Shown here: piece by piece, positions 54,401 to 64,000 of the stretch
Position numbering within the stretch: the first letter of the stretch is position 1
Layout of the letters: the number at the start of each line of letters is the position of its first letter
From: Geosiphon pyriformis uo1
Taxonomy: Eukaryota > Fungi > Glomeromycota
Direction of reading: 5' to 3'
NCBI GenBank assembly: GCA_016748015.1
Contig: JAAOMT010000620.1
Span: forward strand, 613,684-677,683
DNA: 64,000 nt
The notes under the pieces: generated by a model
Seen by the model: the letters and a program-made list of their open reading frames with translations, nothing else
Databases searched by the model: none
Told to the model about the DNA's origin: nothing
Program-made: the position numbers and the translations under genes

Positions 54401-55931
54401 CCGGCCGACATTACGCAACCGTGCCTCAATCCATGACATTCAGGATCTTCAACTCTATACCCCGCATCGACCATCTGAAGAAAATATTCCTGAAACTAAC
54501 TCCCTTTTTGAATTGAACAATCGTAACAGATTATTACGAGAAAACCAAGGTGATATTGGTCTTGAAATTGAAAGTGAGAGTATGAGTGAACATTTAAAAA
54601 TGTTGATCAAGAGCTATCGAAGAAGTCTTCTCGCTTTAGGAGTAAAAGATGAAATCAATCGTTCATTAAGGTATTTAATAAAAAATTTAATGAAGTTTTG
54701 TTTATGCATTAGCTAAATATCTTTTTTAAATATTCAGCGATGCAAATGGAACTGACTATACATCCACTCAAGAATTAAGTTCGGTCAGTTCCCACCGACG
54801 TGCCTCTTGGTTTACCCAATTTCGTATATTATCTGATCGCACATTCAAGAATTTATATAGAAATCCAATGCTAATGTTGACACATTATTGCATTAGTGTA
54901 TACTTAGCACGCAAGTATTTACATGTCTCAAAAGCGTCAATTATCGAGTTGATGATTTTTCTTATTCATTTTTTTTAATTTTATAGTACTTTGTGGAGCA
55001 TTATACTATAATGTCACCAATGATATTGCTGGTTTCCAAAACCGAATGGGGGTGCTTTTCTTTATGTGTGCTCTTTTTGGATTCGGCTGCTTAAGCTCTA
55101 TACATATTTTTGCTTCTGAAAGAATTTTGTTCGTAAAGGAAAGGGCTAATGGCTATTATGCCCCAATCACATATTTCGCCTCCAAGGTTAGTTATCTTTA
55201 AGATGAGTTGATGTGACGTTTTTCTCCTATCTAAAAAAAATTGAATTAAACCAGGTCATTTTCGATATCATACCTCTACGTGTTGTTCCACCCATATTAA
55301 TGGGAGTTATCATTTACCATATGGTTGGACTTGTTAATGGTACCAGTGAATTCCTCAAATTCATACTGGTATTGGTATTGTTCAACCTCACGGCGGCCAG
55401 CATCTGTTTGTGCATCGGTATAGTTTTCAAGCAAGTTGGGGTGGCCAGCTTACTAAGCAGTCTAATTATGCTATTCAGCATGTTGTTTGGGGGGCTATTT
55501 CTCAACAAAGGTATGTGGTCGTTTTTATTTGCGTATCAGAATTTTAATAAATAATCTAAATATTTTCTTTTTTGTTTAGAATCGATTCCCCACTATTTAG
55601 CGTGGTTAAAACACCTCTCCTTTTTTAACTATGCGTTCGAAGCCTTGCTTGTTAACGAAGTGGTCTATTTGCAGCTTACCGAACAGAAATTTGGGCTTTC
55701 AATTGATGTATGTTTAATAAAATATCTCTGGAATACACTTTTTTTCAGCATAATTGCCTTATCCAATTATCTTTTGAATTTTCTTAGGTCCCTGGTGCAA
55801 CGATATTAACCACATTTGGATTCGATGCCTCTGCGTATTGGAGGGATGTTATAAAACTGGCAACTCTGTTTGCTTCGTTCATCTTGCTCTCGTTTCTTTT
55901 CTTGCAGTTCTTTGTTAAAGAGAAGCGTTGA
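51407..55931 (+). CDS. ADP1: ABCG half-transporter with N-terminal EGF-like region (Adp1-like), ~17 exons
   Basis: Signal peptide, [19 protein letters not shown], Walker A GASGAGKT, signature [33 protein letters not shown] and an ABC2 membrane domain ([14 protein letters not shown]). Confidence 0.94.
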
Positions 55932-56159
55932 AAAAATCGCCACTAGTATTTTGGCCTAATGTAGAATTCAAGAAATATCTAATGTAATTTTATTACCGTG
56001 CAGCGAATTGTAGCTAATGATAACTAATGTTCATGTTGGCTGCATCGATCATGATTTTTTGCTGGTTTCGTTTATTTTATTGTTTTATTTTTTCCCTGTT
56101 ATAAATATTATTCCGTGATTCTCATGAATATGTCTTATATATCAATTAACATTTAATAT

Positions 56160-56262
56160 GCTTATGTGAGTGCAGCTTAAACACAATCTACTAACTTGGC
56201 GCATATACATGCCCAAAGTAGACATGAATCACGCTTTGTTTATGTGTGAATAGACACTCATT
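56160..56262 (-). mobile_element. Probable LINE 3'-UTR remnant
   Basis: Reverse complement tattcacacataaacaaagcgtgattcatgtctac...gtgttt....cactcacataag resembles the LINE 3' UTR at 12782-12890 and the 28.4 kb remnant. Confidence 0.4.
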
Positions 56263-56939
56263 ATTAAATTGTATTTTTAACAATTTATAATTAACAAAAT
56301 TTAAAATATTTAATTCATAAATAAATATTCTGCTATTTATGTATATATTTTTATTGTTAATGTGAATATAGCTGTATGTAAAGATTTTGTGTTTAAAAAC
56401 TGGTTTGATACATTGCTAAAAGATTTTAGAAATGCTAAAATATGATTTTTAAGTTGATCAATTTCTTTATTGATTACAAAAAAAATTAGTTGTTTAATAT
56501 TAAATTAAGATAAAATTGAAAAACATTAAATATTTTTAAAAAACACTTGATTAATTTTTGGTTTTAAGAAAATTATTTGTTTTTTTATTTGAATTATAAT
56601 ATTTCTATTATTATAAATATATAATAAAATTTTGGCTAATTATATGTAAAAAGTACATAAAATATATTTATTATTGTATTATAATGAATAATAGTTGAAT
56701 TTTATTTATTATATTAATAAAAAAAATCTTTTAAATTTAAAAAAAAAATTGATTAAACAATATTTTAAAAATATATACAAATTTTTTTAATTTAAACAAT
56801 TAAACCAATTTAAAAAATTTATTTTTATCAAAAAAACCAAAAAATTACAATAGTTTTTATTTATTAAAATTAAATTTTTTTTTTAAAAAAAAAATGATTT
56901 TATTATTTAAAAAAAAAAAAAAAAAAAATAATATTCTTG

Positions 56940-59900
56940 TTGATTCTCCAACCATGATGAGAACAAAAAATTTTTTTTTGAAGCTGTAGCTTTCTTTTTC
57001 TCTTTTCCTTTTGTTCTTACCAGCTATTTTTTCAAACGTACCTATATTTGTTGCGATAGAGCCAGCGAGCATATCTGCTGGTAGGCCTGGTACTGGTTTG
57101 ACTGGTTTGGGGATCCATTTAAGTGCGAAAAAATACTGTATAGATAGTGTTTACTCCTGTGGTGTATCTCATAAAAAGCCAAAAAGGCCTGTTGTTAATG
57201 ATACTATCGACTCATCTGTTGGCCTTTTGAGCATGGGTGACCTTGTCAGTGCTGGCATCAAGCCTGTGATGTCTTGAGGTAGTAAGGTGGACAGCATTGT
57301 GAGCAGTATTAGTGGTCTTTCCGACGTTGAGAACATAAAAAACACAGTGGTGGAAGAAACAAGTTATGCAGATTCTGATACTTCATTCGAATATGAGAAT
57401 ATGAATGACACTACTCTTAGAAAAACTCGAACTCGCACTTACATATTGGGCCATCTACCAAAGCAGCCTTCATTTAATTGTATAAATAATGATGATGGTG
57501 TTCTGGAACTTCCTCTATACAAAAAAACTGGATCCAATCAGATGCCACCATTTGGGTTATGTGCCCTAGTTACGCATAGTTTTAATTTAACCAAATCTTT
57601 TACACTTGATATTGAGCTTTCTGCAGTGCTTGGCAAGTTAGTTGTTAATAAATTAATTTCAATAAAAAAAATTTTCTATTAAGTGGATGGTTTTGGGGGT
57701 GTCTTCACTTTCTCAAAATTTCCAGGAATTATCAGATCATTTTTTACATTGGAATTTAGTTTGAGTAAGGCTAAATTGCTGGTGATTAGTAATAAAATTT
57801 TTGTTAATGATGATCTTAGAAAGATAAACAGCTGGTTGAATCAGAAGGTAATTGTTAAGGAAATCCTGGTGGATTTTTTCAGATCAGCAGTGGAATTGGT
57901 CTTCTCTAAATTTGGCAAGATTATTTTGATTAAGATGCAGTTGATTGGACTTTGGCAAAAGGCCATTATAGAGTTTGAGTCATTTGAGATGGCCAGTCTG
58001 GTTGCTTCTAAATAATCGGTGTTCATGGAAAAAAATTCTGTGCATGTGGTTTTGGCAAATGAGGACAAACAAATGTGGGTGTTTAAGGATTAGCATCAGG
58101 CTTTGTTTTATACTCTTCCAATTGGCACTACAGCCCATGATCTTTCTGTTTTGATAGAGGCTTATGGTGGGAAAATCTGTTTTATTGGCCATAATTTTGC
58201 ATCTTACATACAAAATAGGTGCACTGTCATTTGTTTTGAGGATGGAGCATCCAAGTTGGCTGTTATTAATTCTGTTCCAGTTTTCAAGAGTGTGAGTTTA
58301 TGCTGGACTAGTCTTTTATTGGTGTGTTATGCCAAATGTAAACAATTTGGTCATGTTTCTGATGTGTATTCAGTTGGTGAGAATTCTGGAATTTATGGGA
58401 AGTGAATGGTAATTGATTAAAATTGGGTTTGCCTGGCCAATATTTATAAAAAAAGCAGGCACCTATTGTTTGCCCAGTTTCTTTCAGTGGCAAAACTTGG
58501 GCTCAAGTTGCAGGTGGTTTTTCTTCTCTTTTGGGTTCTTTGTCTCCTTTAAGTACTGGTCTATCTTCTGGCACTAAATCTTCTATTAGTGCTTGGTCCT
58601 TTTCTAACAGTGCTAATCCCCATGGTGTCTTTAATTTATTCAATTACTTGGTGTTTTTGAAATGGTTTTTGAAGCTTTTAACCAATCAGATTTCTGATAT
58701 TGTGAGAAATTTGAGCTTTGTGGAACTAGTGCCTTTGCCATCTGTTTCTCATGAGCTTCCTTTGGCTGTTTTTACACCTTTGGCTCCAGAAGTTAACTTG
58801 GATATGGTTTTGAATAGTACACCAGAGTCTTCTGCTCTCTCTATTTCTACTGTTGTTGATGATGCTTCTGGTTTTAGTTTGAATAGCTCCAAGATTCTAA
58901 CCACTAAGATGGGTGGATTAGAGTTGAAGATGATGTCTTTGGAAGCTTCAATTAGTTCAATATTAATCAAATTGGATTATTTGTGTTCTGGTTCTGGCTT
59001 TCTATTATTTTCTTCATCCCAATGAGTGATTTGGTTTGGAAATTTGCTACTTGCAACATTTGGAATATCAATGTTCCTGCAAAGCAAGTGGATGTTGTTT
59101 ACTGGCATATAAGTTCTGAGAATATGGTTTCTTTTGTTACTGAAACAAAGTTGAGGTCTTTCTCTGGGCTTTGAATCAAAAATAAATATGATGGAGTTTG
59201 GATTTTTACTTCTGGTTTGAATATTAGGTATCTTGGTGCTGGTGTTGCTGTTGTTATAAACAATTCTTTGGCTTATTATATTTCTAAGATTAAAGTGGTT
59301 CCTGGTTGGGTTATCTTGGTGCAGCTTCTGTTTAAGAGCAAAATCTTGGTGTTTGTTCTCGGTTTGTATACTGGTGCTTCTGCTGATATCCGTTTTGGGC
59401 AAGCATCTAAGGTTAATTCTATTATTGCTAAGGCTGTTAACACCAGTACTTTTGTGGTCTTGGGTGGGAATTTTAATGAATATGGGTCTGGAAAAAGTGC
59501 AAGTTTCAAGTTTTGCTCAAATTTGGGTCTGGTTAATTCATTTAATGGTTATCATTTGATTAAGGCTCCTATGTGGTGCAATTCAAGAGGTGCTGAAAGG
59601 ACCATTGATTACATTTTTGTTAGTGAGAGTTTATTTTCTACTATTGTGAAACATTGGATTGGTTCTGTTTCTAATTTCTTTAATACAGACCACAATGCTG
59701 TGGCAGTATCAATTGGTCTGAGTGAGCTTCTGGATGTTCAGTTGAATGGTTTGTACAAACAAGCTTACAAGAATCATTGGAAGTTCAAAATCAAAGATGT
59801 GGACAGTACTGGGTAATCTTGCTTTAGAGATTGCTCCTCTGCCAAGATTTTGATAATAAAGGATAGGTTTCTCGCCACAGCTGCAAGTCATGATTTAGAT

Positions 59901-62900
59901 GCTATGTGATTGCTACTGGAAGGGGTGTTGGTGGGTTCTGCAAATAAGATTTTTTTTAAACTTTGGTTTAGTGATTTTCAGTGTTCAAAAAATAAGCAGT
60001 CTTCTAAATTTCTGGAATTGGAGTTGTTGGTTGCCAAGATTGTCAAGAGGTTGGAATCTGATGACACTTTCGGGTTCAATTGTTTTGTTGAAAAATGGTC
60101 AACTTTGGATGCTGATAAGGCTCTTGTGTTGAGGGACATGGTTTATGCTGATCAAAAAATGATGAACATTCTTAAATATTTGTCAATTGTTAGAAAAGAG
60201 TACAGAAAGTCCAAAATGTATGAATTAAAATTAGCACAGAAGACTTCTATCAAAGCAGCTATTGAAAAATGCATGGAAAAGTTTTGTTTGGACAAGGACA
60301 GTATGATCAAAAGTGTATTGAATAGACCCTTTTAGAAGGTGGTGTTGGATCACTTGGTGGTTGATAATAAACTGGTGTTGGATTCTGATGGGGTAAAATT
60401 GAATGTTGACAGGATCATGGAAGATTGAACAAGAAAACTTGTGGTGCTTTCTGTGCTGTCTGATCTCTGGGCTCACCAGTATGCACTATTAAACTATGTT
60501 AGAGATAATGCTTTTTCTGGTGTGATGGATGTGATTAACATAAGTGAGTTGCTTGTAGTTGTTGGTGGTTTGCCTGATGGCAAAGCCATTGGCTTGTTTG
60601 GTATTCCAAATAAACTTTGGAAGCATGGTGGCAAGAGTGTAATGGAGTGTCTTTTGGTGCTGTTGAATGAATGTCTCTTTGTTGGTGCAGTGCCTGCTTT
60701 GTGGAAGAGAGCATGGGTTTTGATGATCCTTAAATCTTATAATTGGGATGGAATTCTCACAAATATCTGCCCTATTGCTTTGATTGAGACAGCCAGAAAG
60801 CTTCTTTTCAAGATTCTTTCTGATAGAATTTTTTTTGCTTGTAGCAAGTTTGGTGTCTTCCATGGTGACAATTTTTTGGTGTTAAAGGACACTTTTACTC
60901 AAGTTCTAGTGTTTGCTGTTGAATCAGTGGTTGAAAACACTCTTAAGAAAAATAAGAAACTTTGGTTGGTTTTGTAGAATATACATAAGACATATGATTC
61001 TGTTGGTTAGCACTACTTAAAAACTAGCTTATAGCATATTAAAATGTGTAACAGATTTATTAAATTTTTTGGCAGTATTCATGAGGATAGGATTAACAGA
61101 GTGATGACCAATTTTGGCCTCTCAAATGATTATAGAGTACATGATAGTTTGGATCAGGGTGAGGTTTTTTTACCCCTTTTTTGGAGAATTTTTTATGATC
61201 TGCTATTGTGTGAAGTTAAAAGACATAAGCATTTATGTGGATACTGGATTAATACTAAGTTTGTGGCTAAATCAGGCAGAGTTGAGAGTTGTGGTAGAAT
61301 GTCTTCCTTTTTTGTGGCTGGGGCATTTGTTGATAACACTATTTGAATCGGAAATTGCTAAGCATCAATGCAGTATGCCTTGGACATTGCTAGTGAATTT
61401 TTTTTGATTTATGATATTTTCATCAATAGTAAAAAAACTGTGGCCATTCCTATTAATCAGGGTGTTAGGGTTGCTTCTCTGGATATTAATGGGCAGCCAA
61501 TTTCTATTGCCAAAAGAGGTGAAACACACAGATATTTGGGGATTTTTTTGTTAACAGAGGGCTTGTCTAAGCCTAGTTTGGCCAAGGCTTATTCGGATGT
61601 TTGTTTTTTTGCCAATGTAGTGCTCAGGAAGGCTATCACAAATAAGCAGTTCTTGTATTTAGTGTCAGCTGTCTTACAGCCCATTGTTAACTACCATACT
61701 CAATTCAGCTTTGTTTCTTTGAATGTGTGCCACAAGTGGGATGCCTTGGTCAGAAAGGGCCTTAAGCTTAAAGCTGGTCTTCCTCATGACTTTTCTGATG
61801 TAGCTTTGCATTATCTCTCATTGTATAGTCTGAAATTTTTTGAGCAGATACAGGCTGAGAGCAAATTGGCTGCTGTGGTCACGTTTTCTAATACTTTGGG
61901 CATTTTGGGGTGTTTGTTTAATCATAGATTCCTGGATTTGCAGGTTCTGAATTAGGCTCTTTTGGATCCCCTGCAGTTCCCTGTTAAGTTGCATGTTAGT
62001 CCTGTAAACAATTTTTTGGCTGGTGTGGTTAAAATTTTTTTGGGTAATGAGCTGTTCCTGACAAATAACCTGCCTTGTACTTTTTGTGATCCTGGTAATT
62101 TTCCTATGTCATTGGTGCTAAGAAGTGCTTCTTACTTTGGTTCTGTTTGTTTTTTGAAGCAATTCAGTGTTGTCTTTGGAGACAGGTTGTTTGACAAAAA
62201 GAGTCATGTGATGGATTGGAAGACTTTTTGCCAGTAGAAAAGACTTGACCCAAGAGGGCCTGTCCTTCATTGGTTTGATTTCACATCTGGGTTTTTGTAT
62301 AATAGTGGTGCTTTGTTATCTGGTTTGGCTAGAGCCAATCAACTTTCTGGTTTGGACATTCTGGCTTCTGAAGAGTTTTCTAATTTGCATAGTAGTTTAC
62401 ACAAGTTATGATCTGGTTCTTTTGAGATTTTTATAGATGGTTTGTTGAAAAATTTTGGCTTTTCTAGTGTTGCTAATGGTGCTGTTACATATTTTCCTGC
62501 TATTGACCATAGTATTGGTATTAGGGTCTGTGGTTTGATGTTTTCTACTCTGGCCAAGTTGCAGGCTGTTGCTTTGGTATTAGAATGTGTTCTATTTTCT
62601 AGTGCAGTGATGGTACACCTTAATAACCAAGCTGCTATTAATGTATGTGTTTCTGAGTTGTCTTATCTGGTGTCTGATTTCCGAGTTCCATGCTGGGTGG
62701 AGAGACATTATATTTTTGATTTGATTAGAGAAAAAGATTTGAGTATGAGCTGAGTCAAAGTTAAAAGTCATTTTGGTGTTTGTGGCAACATTAAAGCTGA
62801 TGCTGCTGCTAGTGCATGTTCTTGGTTTTCCTTACCTATTGGGGTGTAAAAATGGCTTTTAATTGTTGAAAGTATGGTCATGTCTGGTAATGCCTGCTAT

Positions 62901-63253
62901 TTTGTTAGAAATCTGTTTAGGTCTGTGTGCTGGGCATGTTGGGAGGCTGGGCCTGACCATGATATGATTTGGAGTAGTTTGATCGAATGTGTGGACTGAA
63001 GTACTATCTTGAAAGTGTGACACTCTGACTTACACATGCTTGCTGAGTTTACTAGCTGGAAGTTTTCTGTGCTACAGTTATATTTAATGAAAGCTGTGCA
63101 CCATTGACTCTCTGTGGCTGTTTGAAAGAGGTTGTATGATAAGAGTTACCCTGGTGTGCTGTGCTTATTGTGTAGGGAGGTGGAGTTGCCCAATCATGTG
63201 TTTTCTTGTGCCATGGATGCTGATGTGTGAGATGAGATCCTTGCTGAAGCCAT
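56940..63253 (+). mobile_element. Degenerate LINE of the same family (different subfamily), interrupted in the Zn-finger region by an LTR
   Basis: ORF1 fragments at 57011-59025. ORF2 from ATG 59022: FATCNI, TETKL, LGGNFNE, TIDYIF, PIALIETARK, GAFVDNTI, RNase H (IDGL..KLQAVALVL), CLLCREVELPNHVFSC. Confidence 0.93.
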
Positions 63254-64000
63254 TGTTACCAGAGGTTTTTGGTCTCTTTTCTTGAATGTTGTAATTGTCT
63301 GTTGATTGCAAATTCACATTTTCTAATAGTAGTTGAACCTCCAATAACTGAATTTATCTTCAAATTATTTCCTATAATTTGAACTGCTGGGCTTATAAGT
63401 GGAATGACCAATTTCTTGCCAATTACTTTATGTAGTTATATTGTAGTAAACGTCAACTCTTTCCCAGGAATTGCTTGTCTAGAAGCTCACTAAAAATGTG
63501 TAGTTACTTTGCTGTAAAAGTCAACTCTTCTACAGGAATTTTGTCTGTTGGCTATCCTAATGATTGTAATAAAAAAAGAAAAGAAAAATAAAAGAAATGT
63601 AAAAGAAATAGGATTTTATCAAGAGAAACGTTTTCTATCCAGGCCTGAAATCACTAACAGTTTACTGAAATTGGTAGCTAATCAATTTCAAAATGTTAAT
63701 TGGGTTTTGGGAATTTTCCAAGTGCAATGATTAAAGAATTTGGTTTTTTCGATTTATTTGATATTTATTTCTTTTTTTTTTGTGTGTAGGAATGGTCCTA
63801 AGTGATAAATCTAAAGTAAGATATATTTTCTTGAAGAAAAAATCTCTTTTTTTATACAACTTGTTGTAGTACTAGTCTATGAACTTGCATTTTTTCTCTT
63901 TGCTTAAATTTCAGCGAACTAAAGATATATTTTGATGGACTACAAGTTATTTTACTGAACTATTGATTAATTTAAGTGAACTATTCATAATTTCAGCAAA
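63254..64000 (-). repeat. Gypsy LTR (same family as 5029-6001), reverse orientation, runs off the window
   Basis: Begins TGTTACCAGAGG. Its reverse complement aligns along ~5235-6001 (e.g. gactagtactacaacaagttgtataaaaaaagag is identical). Confidence 0.9.

Noticed and set aside
56280-56940. AT-rich block as a centromere or origin
   Set aside because: No specific evidence; more simply another hypermutated repeat relic.

Overview
Eukaryotic, intron-rich fungal DNA of an early-diverging lineage, most likely Glomeromycotina. The transposon proteins resemble, from memory, those of Geosiphon pyriformis; this is an inference and was not searched. Two CpG-normal gene islands (~20.9-27.7 kb and ~32-56 kb) sit between AT-rich, CpG-depleted transposon relics. 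The relics include dUTPase-bearing Ty3/Gypsy elements, two RNase H-bearing LINEs and Tc1/IS630-type DDE transposase remnants. Genes: CWC2, a Gemin5 orthologue, a CH-Cdc15/SepH-like kinase-C1-CAAX protein, an FGGY sugar kinase, a cullin-2-type cullin, ALG14, 6-pyruvoyl-tetrahydropterin synthase, SAC1 and an ADP1-type ABCG transporter. Main points of interest: (1) all-context C>T/G>A hypermutation that turns repeats into near-pure AT DNA (RIP-like); (2) retained 'animal-type' components (Gemin5, Cul2, PTPS, a U12-type intron); (3) five GC-AG introns and one apparent GA-AG intron; (4) LINE 3'-UTR remnants, two carrying GTCACGTG, at three gene-island borders; (5) an ATGA stop/start overlap in the LINEs. 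Exon models were read by eye, and coordinates of degraded elements are approximate.
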